Positions 18,598-26,299 of a stretch of DNA of 64,000 nucleotides are shown here, in pieces (position 1 is the first letter of the stretch; each line of letters starts with the position of its first letter). Position numbers and translations under genes: made by a program. This stretch comes from Candidatus Spechtbacterales bacterium (GTDB taxonomy: Bacteria; Patescibacteriota; Minisyncoccia; Spechtbacterales; 2-12-FULL-38-22). The stretch spans positions 29,256-93,255 of the forward strand of contig JBBDKX010000021.1 of the NCBI GenBank assembly GCA_040879145.1, given 5' to 3'. The notes beneath the pieces were generated by a model. It was not told the origin of the DNA, made no database searches, and worked only from the letters and a program-made list of their open reading frames with translations.

Positions 18598-20178
18598 TTA
18601 TCGTTTAGTATTTTCAATATCCGCCACAATCTCATCAATCGCAGTACGCAGTTCATTTTGTCTTGACACGATCTTGGCAATTTTTTCGTTGAGTTCCGTT
18701 ATATTCACCACCTCGCGTGTATCTTCCGCCATCACATAACTTGAAACCGCAATATTGTAATCATTCTCACCAATAGTTTTATTATCAACTAACTTTGCAA
18801 AATACTCTGCATCTTGTCGTAGCGTAAAAGCATCAAGAATTTTTTTGCGATTTCCTTCGCTCAATTTATTTTTATTTCCGCCCCGTACAAATTCAGCCGA
18901 GGCATCAATAAATAAAGTTTTGTTGTCTTTTTTGCTTTTTTTCAAAACAATAATGCAAGTAGCAATAGTCACCCCAAAAAATAGATCGGGGGGAAGCTGG
19001 ATAACCGTATCAATATAGTTATTATCAACCAAATACTTGCGGATTTTTTGTTCAGCTCCGCCACGATAGAGAACTCCCGGAAATTCAACAATCGCCGCCG
19101 TTCCGCTGGTTGAAAGCCACGCAAGCATGTGCATGGTAAAAGCGAGATCAGCTTTGCTCTTTGGCGCCAACACCCCAGCCGGCGAAAAACGCGGATCATT
19201 AATCATCAAAGGATTGGCATCGCCGTCCCACTTTATCGAATATGGCGGATTAGAAACAATGGCGTCAAACGGTTCATCATCCCAATGTTTTGGATCAGTG
19301 AGTGTGTCGCCGTGAGCAATATCAAAATGATTGTAATTAATATCATGCAAAAACATGTTGATACGGCAAAGATTGTAGGTAGTGAGATTTATTTCTTGAC
19401 CAAAAAATCCCTGCCTGACATTTTCCTTGCCAAGCACTTTTGCAAATTTCAAAAGAAGCGAACCAGATCCACAGGCTGGATCGTAGACTTTATTAACTTC
19501 TGTTTTGCCTGCTGTTGCGATTTCCGCCAAAAGCTCGCTCACTTCTTGAGGTGTATAATATTCTCCGCCAGATTTACCAGCATTAGATGCGAACATCGCC
19601 ATTAAATATTCGTAAGCATCACCAAAAGCGTCGATTGTATTATCTCCATAATTACCAAGACGAAGATCGCCGATGGCTTCTAAAAGTTTTACGAGTTTTT
19701 GATTTCTTTTCTCTACAGTTCCACCGAGCTTATTTGAATTCACATCTAAATCGTCAAATAATCCTTTCAAGTCATCTTCACTATCAAATCCTTTCGCAGA
19801 ATTTTCGATATTATCAAAAACATTTGAAAGTGTTTCGTTAAGTTTTGCATCGTTGCGAGCATTTTTACGAACATTTACAAAAAGAGCACTTGGTAAAATA
19901 TAAAAACCTTTTTCTTTTATAGTGTCGGCTCTTCCAAATTCAGCTTCTTTATCAGAAAGTGAAGCATAATCAAAATCTTTGTTGCCGGTGCGTCGCTCAT
20001 CGGCATTGATGTAATTTGTAAGATTTTCGCTGATGAAACGATAAAAAAGTATTCCAAGAACATATTGCTTGAAATCCCACCCATCAACGGCACCTCGCAA
20101 ATCATTGGCAATCTGCCAAATAGCACGATGAAGTTCGGCTCGTTCTTGTTCTTTGGTTGTATTTAGATTATTTGCCAT
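18598..20178 (-). CDS. hsdM: Type I restriction-modification DNA methyltransferase (HsdM), N6-adenine
   Basis: 526 aa; HsdM_N; SAM motif YDPACGSGSLL; catalytic SNPPYSIKW. Confidence 0.9.
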   Translation of the reverse strand: MANNLNTTKEQERAELHRAIWQIANDLRGAVDGWDFKQYVLGILFYRFISENLTNYINADERRTGNKDFDYASLSDKEAEFGRADTIKEKGFYILPSALFVNVRKNARNDAKLNETLSNVFDNIENSAKGFDSEDDLKGLFDDLDVNSNKLGGTVEKRNQKLVKLLEAIGDLRLGNYGDNTIDAFGDAYEYLMAMFASNAGKSGGEYYTPQEVSELLAEIATAGKTEVNKVYDPACGSGSLLLKFAKVLGKENVRQGFFGQEINLTTYNLCRINMFLHDINYNHFDIAHGDTLTDPKHWDDEPFDAIVSNPPYSIKWDGDANPLMINDPRFSPAGVLAPKSKADLAFTMHMLAWLSTSGTAAIVEFPGVLYRGGAEQKIRKYLVDNNYIDTVIQLPPDLFFGVTIATCIIVLKKSKKDNKTLFIDASAEFVRGGNKNKLSEGNRKKILDAFTLRQDAEYFAKLVDNKTIGENDYNIAVSSYVMAEDTREVVNITELNEKIAKIVSRQNELRTAIDEIVADIENTKR

Positions 20179-20182
20179 AATT

Positions 20183-20392
20183 TTATTTCATTAAATCATC
20201 AAGCGAAACGCCGAGAGCGTCCGCAATTTTTTTGACTGTATCAATAGTAGGGTTGGGAGTAGAGCCAGCTTCAATTTTGGCAATCGTATGAAAAGCCAAA
20301 TCTGCTTTTTTTGAAAGCACATCTTGAGAAATACCGAGCTTGTTTCGGTATTTCTTTATATTCTCGCCAATTGTGGATTTTTCGTTTGACAT
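20183..20392 (-). CDS. XRE-family HTH transcriptional regulator (candidate C-protein/controller of the R-M operon)
   Basis: 69 aa; IKKYRNKLGISQDVLSKKADLAFHTIAKIEAG HTH_XRE; first gene of operon, 4 nt before hsdM. Confidence 0.8.
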   Translation of the reverse strand: MSNEKSTIGENIKKYRNKLGISQDVLSKKADLAFHTIAKIEAGSTPNPTIDTVKKIADALGVSLDDLMK

Positions 20393-20397
20393 ATTCG

Positions 20398-20451
20398 TAT
20401 AGTTTTACTATTATAGTTGTATAGTATTAAAAACATCACTTATTTATAGTT
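20398..20451 (-). promoter_or_regulatory. Putative promoter/operator of XRE-hsdM operon: TATAAT -10 (minus strand, 20410-20415) and 4 copies of ACTATA(A)
   Basis: Minus-strand read: ...ACTATACAACTATAATAGTAAAACTATACGAAT-ATG; repeated half-sites resemble C-box operators. Confidence 0.3.
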
Positions 20452-20571
20452 AGTATATGAAATTTTTAGCATTTAGTCAAACAAAATTAGGGAGTTCTTT
20501 TGACATAACGCGCGCACGGGTGGGTGGGGCAAGCGTTATCCCTCTTTTATCCTCTCTTTTGTTTTCTGTCC

Positions 20572-20964
20572 CGCCGTCCCGCCGAAAAGTTTTGGGGGCG
20601 AAGCCCAAGCAGGCGGGCAAAAAGGAAGGGGGTTGGGGGGAAGGAATTTTTGCCCGACTGCTTCCGTTCCCGTTCCGTTTGAGAAAAGAAAAAGCGGAAG
20701 GGGGGTTTGGGGGGAATTCCGCTTTTTCTTTACGAAATCAAATTGAGGACAGCCCCGCCACCTGCCCGAATACTTGGAGGGCAGAACACCGCAGAAAAAT
20801 ACTCTTTTCATTAGAAGAAAAAGAAATCCGGCGCGCGCAAAATGAAAAGAGCAAAGAGTATTTTTCTGTGGTGTGGCGAGGTTTCCGAGCCGTGGCGGGG
20901 CTGGCTTCCTTATTGGGGGTTTTCCTCAAAAAAAGTTCGAACATCAATCAAAAAACACCGCCAA
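20572..20964. repeat. 392-bp inverted repeat, copy 2 (IR-A2)
   Basis: Near-identical reverse complement of 10338..10729; ends ...CACCGCCAA, overlapping the start of IR-B1. Confidence 0.9.
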
Positions 20965-21091
20965 TTTTCACTTTTTGTGAAATCGTAAGGAATTGCCTCG
21001 GCGCAAAGCGCCTCGGCATGGTATTTTTCCGCAATTTTGAAGGCATTTTTGAAATCCAAAAACAAAGAGCGGTCGGCAATGCGGAAGTTCG
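20958..21091. repeat. About 134-bp inverted repeat IR-B1 (inverted copy of the recombinase 3' coding end plus tRNA-Ser-proximal sequence)
   Basis: Reverse complement identical to 22575..22709. Confidence 0.85.
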
Positions 21092-21205
21092 CAGAGCGAA
21101 GCTCTGGCAAAATGAAATTTTGCAAACCAATCTTTTTTCTTTCGCTTTCAGCGAAAGGTTGAGCGTATTTTTCTTTGATTGCCCAAAAACTAATTTCAAA
21201 ACAAT

Positions 21206-22819
21206 ATGGACAACATAAATTTACAAACCAAAAAGTTTTTCCTCTATGCCCGTAAATCCACGGACGAACCCGAAAGGCAGGTTTTGAGTATTGAAGCGCA
21301 AATTTTCGAGCTGAAAGAATACGCCCGAAAAGAAAATTTGCAGATCGTCCGTGAATTTGTGGAAAGCAAAACCGCCAAAGAACCCGGGCGAGAAATTTTT
21401 AATGAAATGGTGGCGGGCATAGAGAAAAACGAAGCCGAGGGAATTTTAGCGTGGCACCCTGACCGTCTTGCTCGCAATTCCATAGACGGCGGACGAATAA
21501 TCTATCTTGTAGATACTGGAAAGATCACCACGCTAAAATTTCCAACTTTTTGGTTTGATTCAACTCCACAGGGAAAATTTATGTTGTCCATTGCTTTTGG
21601 GCAATCAAAATACTATGTGGATAATCTTTCGGAAAATATAAAGAGGGGTATTCGCCAGAAATTGCGAAATGGAATTTGGCCCGCTTGGGCGCCACTTGGC
21701 TATATAAACGATAAAAACGCTCGCTGTATCGCTGTGGACAAAGAAAAGGCGAAGTATATCAAGCGGGCTTTTGAAATGTATTCAACTGGCGAATATCCCC
21801 TCGCTCAAATCCGAAAGATTATCAATTCCTTGGGCTTGGTTGGCAAGAAAGGCAAAATGCTTTCCGTCTCAAATTATCAATATATGCTCAAGAACAAAAT
21901 ATATTTTGGCATGATTGAATATAACGGCGAATTGTATGACGGAAAGCATGAACCGATTATCACAAAGAAACTTTTTGATTCTGTTCAAGAAGTGATGATG
22001 AAAAAATCCAAACCGAAAACGCCAAAATTGAAACCGTATGTGTATAGAGGATTTTTCCGTTGCGGAGAGTGTGGCTGTTTCATAACTACCGAAACGCAGA
22101 AAGGTCATAACTACCTGCGATGCACTAAACGGAAAAATCCTTGCACGCAAAAATATGTTCGCGAGGAAATCATCACTTCTCAAATAAAAGAGGAAATCAA
22201 AAAAGTTTCTTTGTCTTCCGCTTGGGCAAACGCTTCAATCAATTATTTTGAAAATGAAAAATTGAAAACCGCCCAAGCGGAAAGCTCTTTTGCCCAAAAG
22301 TCGCGAGATGAGCTTGTGGAAACAGAAACAAAACTTGATCGTTTGCTTGATTTACATTTGGAAGGCAGTTTGTCGCAAACGGAATATGCTACTAAAAAGC
22401 ACAAGCTCATTCTCGCAAAAAAGGATTTGGAAGAAAAAATCTCGTCTTTTGGGCGAAAGAGCAATAATCGGTTCGAACTTGCCATAAACTTCATAAAAGA
22501 AGCCAACCAAGCCGAAAAATACGCTCAACAAGAAAATCCCGAAAGGATTCGGGATTTTCTCAAAAAGATTGGTTCGAACTTCCGCATTGCCGACCGCTCT
22601 TTGTTTTTGGATTTCAAAAATGCCTTCAAAATTGCGGAAAAATACCATGCCGAGGCGCTTTGCGCCGAGGCAATTCCTTACGATTTCACAAAAAGTGAAA
22701 ATTGGCGGAGGGGGTGGGACTCGAACCCACATAGGCTTGCGCCTGCCAGTTTTCAAGACTGGTTCCTTAGCCAATTCGGAGCACCCCTCCTTATTTATTT
22801 TTTCTTCTTTTTACCCTGA
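21206..22819 (+). CDS. Large serine recombinase (resolvase N-domain + recombinase domain + zinc ribbon + coiled coil)
   Basis: YARKSTDEPERQ catalytic Ser motif; PLGYIND recombinase domain; CGECGCFITTETQKGHNYLRC zinc ribbon; ORF as predicted runs through IR-B2 and antisense across tRNA-Ser, so true stop is uncertain. Confidence 0.8.
   Translation: MDNINLQTKKFFLYARKSTDEPERQVLSIEAQIFELKEYARKENLQIVREFVESKTAKEPGREIFNEMVAGIEKNEAEGILAWHPDRLARNSIDGGRIIYLVDTGKITTLKFPTFWFDSTPQGKFMLSIAFGQSKYYVDNLSENIKRGIRQKLRNGIWPAWAPLGYINDKNARCIAVDKEKAKYIKRAFEMYSTGEYPLAQIRKIINSLGLVGKKGKMLSVSNYQYMLKNKIYFGMIEYNGELYDGKHEPIITKKLFDSVQEVMMKKSKPKTPKLKPYVYRGFFRCGECGCFITTETQKGHNYLRCTKRKNPCTQKYVREEIITSQIKEEIKKVSLSSAWANASINYFENEKLKTAQAESSFAQKSRDELVETETKLDRLLDLHLEGSLSQTEYATKKHKLILAKKDLEEKISSFGRKSNNRFELAINFIKEANQAEKYAQQENPERIRDFLKKIGSNFRIADRSLFLDFKNAFKIAEKYHAEALCAEAIPYDFTKSENWRRGWDSNPHRLAPASFQDWFLSQFGAPLLIYFFFFLP
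22575..22709. repeat. IR-B2 (partner of 20958-21091), ending in the tRNA-Ser 3' terminus
   Basis: Sequence identity with reverse complement of IR-B1. Confidence 0.85.
22703..22790 (-). tRNA. tRNA-Ser (anticodon UGA), long variable arm, CCA encoded
   Basis: Minus-strand GGAGGGGTGCTCCGAATTGGCTAAGGAACCAGTCTTGAAAACTGGCAGGCGCAAGCCTATGTGGGTTCGAGTCCCACCCCCTCCGCCA; cloverleaf and anticodon loop CTTGAAA. Confidence 0.85.
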
Positions 22820-22998
22820 GTTCGTCGAATGGGCCAATCCTTTATCCTCAATCCTTTTCCAAATTTCTTAACAACCACCTTTTGATGCTCTTGCCATTTC
22901 AGTTCGCGCATTAACTCAATAGGGATGTTTATATGGTACATATCCCCTGACTTTTGTATATTCCTTATATTTTCTTCCTCTATCTTTCTTCTTGGCAT
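22795..22998 (-). CDS. AbrB/SpoVT(MazE)-like small DNA-binding protein
   Basis: 67 aa; YHINIPIELMRELKWQEHQKVVVKKFGKGLRI resembles a swapped-hairpin AbrB fold; Lys-rich tail. Confidence 0.4.
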   Translation of the reverse strand: MPRRKIEEENIRNIQKSGDMYHINIPIELMRELKWQEHQKVVVKKFGKGLRIKDWPIRRTQGKKKKK

Positions 22999-23083
22999 AA
23001 CAAAAAAAATAATATTATAAATAGTACTATTTATAATATTATTTTGGCGGTGTATTCTAAAAATAGCTTACTAAGATAAAAAA

Positions 23084-23500
23084 TTATTTATCTTGCTCCG
23101 CCAATAAATTCCTGACCTTTTTCATTGCTTCGGCTAATTGTCGGCGAGTCTCAACCCTTTCTGGGTTATCGTTTTGTTGTTCTGCGTTTTGAGCATCCTG
23201 CACAAGCCAGTCATGAAGAACTTCATCCAAGTAACCCGGGCCATTGAAGCCCGCATCAACATACAGCATGGTTTTAGCGAGGTTAGTTCGATGTTTTAAT
23301 TCATTGCTTCCTTCAGATCGTTTGTCTTCCTGTGCTTGCCACTTGTCAAAAAGCTCGTTTGCATCTTTTACTTCTGCGTTTTCAAAGTCTAAGTCATCAG
23401 GATTTTTAACGCCTTGCTCAACAAATTTCTTATACGCATTAATGACTTCTTCTCTTGTTATTTCTTTTTCTGATTCTGGCGATGGAAATGATTCCTTCAT
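23084..23500 (-). CDS. Hypothetical acidic protein (start moved to internal Met to avoid tRNA overlap)
   Basis: ORF 23084..23563 overlaps tRNA-Ser(GCT); MKESFPSPESEKEITREEV... Confidence 0.35.
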   Translation of the reverse strand: MKESFPSPESEKEITREEVINAYKKFVEQGVKNPDDLDFENAEVKDANELFDKWQAQEDKRSEGSNELKHRTNLAKTMLYVDAGFNGPGYLDEVLHDWLVQDAQNAEQQNDNPERVETRRQLAEAMKKVRNLLAEQDK

Positions 23501-23538
23501 ATAAAATATTAGCTTGTTCTGTTTAATTATTGCTGATG

Positions 23539-23623
23539 CGGAGGAGGTGGGATTCGAACCCACGGGCCGCTAACGCGGCACGGTTTAGCAAACCGTCCCA
23601 TTTGACCACTCTGGCACTCCTCC
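23539..23623 (-). tRNA. tRNA-Ser (anticodon GCU), long variable arm
   Basis: Minus strand GGAGGAGTGCCAGAGTGGTCAAATGGGACGGTTTGCTAAACCGTGCCGCGTTAGCGGCCCGTGGGTTCGAATCCCACCTCCTCCG. Confidence 0.8.
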
Positions 23624-23643
23624 TATTGTCCCCTGATTATACA

Positions 23644-24660
23644 TTAATTGTTGTATTTTTTCAAATGTTTAGGATTATTACTGCTTATTGTATCAAAATA
23701 AATTTTCATGTCATGCTTACTATCCAAACGCACATCCCGCCCTGCCAGTCTTGGATTTAAGCCAGTATTGCGCATTATTTTGAAAACTGAATTTCTAAGG
23801 GGTTCTGAATAAGATGTAAATGACAGTTTTTTATAAGAGTACTCCTTACTCTTAACTCTATATCTATGAATAAAAATAGAGCCATCTGTGTCAACCAAGC
23901 CCCGCAGGCACGCAATTTCGAAATCTTTATCACCCATTATCCATTTCGGTATATCTACCTGCTTTTTTATTTTATTACCTCTTACTAAACCCAGATTATT
24001 TTCACAAAACCTTACTAACTCTACTCGAGATACCGCATAAATACACGCATTAGCATCTTTTCGTTCGTGAATTCCCACATATACTCCAAACAGATTCTCC
24101 ATTAAATTTTTTACATATACGCCATATTTTTTATCATCTTTACTATGAAGTGTAACTGTAACCTGTTGATTAGATATACCCCCATCCCCTAACATTATTC
24201 CAACAAACTCTGCAAGGCTTTTTGAGTATTTAGGTTTTTTAATTTTTATTGGAGCACTTGTAAGCCCGCTTGACTTAAAACGCCCTTCTTTCTCCCACCA
24301 TTCATACCATTTCTGTTTTCTGTATTTCTCATTTTTTGGCATTTCCCCATACTTACTAATAACAGCCTCCCACCCCAACTTTGCGCCTTCATGCGCATAC
24401 CAATATTTATCTAACATCGTTATATCTTTAGGCCAAGATTGTTTAGATTTCTCACATAAAATTTTCAACGATTTTTCATTTATTAAAAATTTTTCACGTC
24501 GCCAATCTCTAACAGTACGCTCAGACCTACCACACCACTTTGCCATTTGTTCAACTGAAAACTCTTTTTCTATATTTTCTATAAAAGCTTTTTGTTTTCC
24601 TTTTGGAAATCTTATTCTGCTATCTTTAATCTTTTCAGCCATATCTCCATAATACACCAT
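23644..24660 (-). CDS. Free-standing LAGLIDADG homing endonuclease (two motifs) with N-terminal HTH-like region
   Basis: LAEFVGIMLGDGGIS and LRGLVDTDGSIF LAGLIDADG motifs; 338 aa; 21 nt upstream of tRNA-Ser(GCT). Confidence 0.8.
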   Translation of the reverse strand: MVYYGDMAEKIKDSRIRFPKGKQKAFIENIEKEFSVEQMAKWCGRSERTVRDWRREKFLINEKSLKILCEKSKQSWPKDITMLDKYWYAHEGAKLGWEAVISKYGEMPKNEKYRKQKWYEWWEKEGRFKSSGLTSAPIKIKKPKYSKSLAEFVGIMLGDGGISNQQVTVTLHSKDDKKYGVYVKNLMENLFGVYVGIHERKDANACIYAVSRVELVRFCENNLGLVRGNKIKKQVDIPKWIMGDKDFEIACLRGLVDTDGSIFIHRYRVKSKEYSYKKLSFTSYSEPLRNSVFKIMRNTGLNPRLAGRDVRLDSKHDMKIYFDTISSNNPKHLKKYNN

Positions 24661-24719
24661 TCTAACACACTTTTCAATGTGCCCTTATAAATATAGACAA
24701 AATACGCTAAAATAAGTAC

Positions 24720-25160
24720 ATGGAAAACTTTAGATGGCAAATATCTAAAAAGGATAGAGCTACCCCTTGGGGCGTATTAAGTATTTTATTTGTTATATCT
24801 TTGGCCGCCGGAGCGTACCAATTATTAACAGAAAACTATTTTGGAGCAGCTCTCTTTGTTGTAGCTCCCGTTATTATGTTTATGGTATCTACACAAGGGC
24901 AAAAGGAATTTTACTGCGAAATAACTGATGAGGGAATAAAAGCAAACAACAAGTTTTACCCCTTTAAAAAATTGAACTTCTTTGCTATAATAGCGGACAG
25001 TTTAATAGTGAAGGTTAAAAAAGAAAAAGATGTTGTTTATATGCCCATACATTTTGAAGACGCGGAATTAATAAGAGAAGTTTTATCTCCGCAGCTAAAA
25101 GAGAAGGAGTACGAAGAGAACTTTTCAGAGATTGTAAACAGGTTTTTAAGGATACACTAA
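24720..25160 (+). CDS. Hypothetical membrane protein
   Basis: 146 aa, two TM helices near N-terminus. Confidence 0.4.
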   Translation: MENFRWQISKKDRATPWGVLSILFVISLAAGAYQLLTENYFGAALFVVAPVIMFMVSTQGQKEFYCEITDEGIKANNKFYPFKKLNFFAIIADSLIVKVKKEKDVVYMPIHFEDAELIREVLSPQLKEKEYEENFSEIVNRFLRIH

Positions 25161-25199
25161 CTGTCCCCGTGGCTTAACAAGACCCCGCACTAAAAATAT

Positions 25200-25272
25200 G
25201 CGCCCGTAGTTCAGCGGATAGAACGCTTCCTTGCGGAGGAAGAGGCCGCAGGTTCAATTCCTGCCGGGCGCA
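25200..25272 (+). tRNA. tRNA-Arg (anticodon GCG by my fold; anticodon assignment tentative)
   Basis: GCGCCCGTAGTTCAGCGGATAGAACGCTTCCTTGCGGAGGAAGAGGCCGCAGGTTCAATTCCTGCCGGGCGCA; flanked by 18-bp inverted repeat CCGCACTAAAAATATGCG / CGCATATTTTAGTGCGG. Confidence 0.7.
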
Positions 25273-25426
25273 CAAATCGCATATTTTAGTGCGGGACATG
25301 TGCCGCGCAACTACAAAGTCGCAGGCGAAGTCCCGTCACCAAAAAAGTATTTTATTTTTGATTGAGCGAAGCGAAAGATATACTTTTTCTGGTGCGGGAT
25401 TCGACTCCTGTCGGGGACGCCAAAAA

Positions 25427-26290
25427 ATGATTTTTATAGCTACAATTGGCGGACTTGCCGCGTTAATATTTTGGGGCTTAAGTGACTACTTTGGAGGTAA
25501 AAGTAGTCAAAATGCAGGACCGCACTTAACAAATATAGTAATACAATTTTCAAGCGTTATAGCATTACTGCCTATTGTCTTGTTTTCAGGTATAGATTTT
25601 AATTTTAACCTTTCCTTTGTTGTGGTCATGGCTATAGCTGCTCTTTTCACTATTGCGTATGTTTCTTTTCTTAAGTCACTACAAATAGGTCCTTATGGTG
25701 TTGCAGCACCCGTTGCGAACAGTTACGCATTAATTACTTTGATAGTTAGTCTTTTAATTTTTAAAACCCAAATTTCCGGTTTACAACTTATAGCATTGAT
25801 TATAATAATTATAGGAGTAATAATGCTTGCGATTGACAAAACAACATTCCATCATAAAAAAATTAAAGGAACTACCGCCTATCTTGCGGGTATCGCAGCC
25901 ATATTTTGGGGAATAGGATTTGCCTTGATGGATACAGTTTTAGGAGACTTTACATGGTATCAATTATTTTTTCTGATATCTCTTTGGATGGTTATATTTG
26001 GGTCTATTTATTACTTGAAAGAACATAAAAAAATTCCAAAGAAAGAGGAGTTGACCACCGAAAAACTAAGGGAAGCCTGGATCGCCGGAATCCTAATTAC
26101 TGTGGGTTCCTCAATATTTTTTATATCACTTGAAAAAACCTTAAGTGTTGCAGTTCCTGCAGTTATAGCATCCGCATCACCGCTGGTTACTTCGTTTACA
26201 GCCTGGGTAAAAGAACAAGAGCGCCTTTCTGTATATAAAAGAATAGGTGCTGTAATAATAGTTATTGGCTTAATGCTTTTAAACGTTTAG
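25427..26290 (+). CDS. DMT/EamA-family membrane transporter
   Basis: About 10 predicted TM helices, two EamA-like halves; start chosen at MIFIATIGG. Confidence 0.65.
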   Translation: MIFIATIGGLAALIFWGLSDYFGGKSSQNAGPHLTNIVIQFSSVIALLPIVLFSGIDFNFNLSFVVVMAIAALFTIAYVSFLKSLQIGPYGVAAPVANSYALITLIVSLLIFKTQISGLQLIALIIIIIGVIMLAIDKTTFHHKKIKGTTAYLAGIAAIFWGIGFALMDTVLGDFTWYQLFFLISLWMVIFGSIYYLKEHKKIPKKEELTTEKLREAWIAGILITVGSSIFFISLEKTLSVAVPAVIASASPLVTSFTAWVKEQERLSVYKRIGAVIIVIGLMLLNV

Positions 26291-26299
26291 CCCGTTTAT

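Noticed and set aside
21206-22819. Treating the recombinase as a pseudogene because it overlaps a tRNA
   Set aside because: All catalytic and zinc-ribbon motifs are intact and the frame is open. The overlap more likely reflects the IR/tRNA junction or a missed stop; kept as CDS with a caveat.
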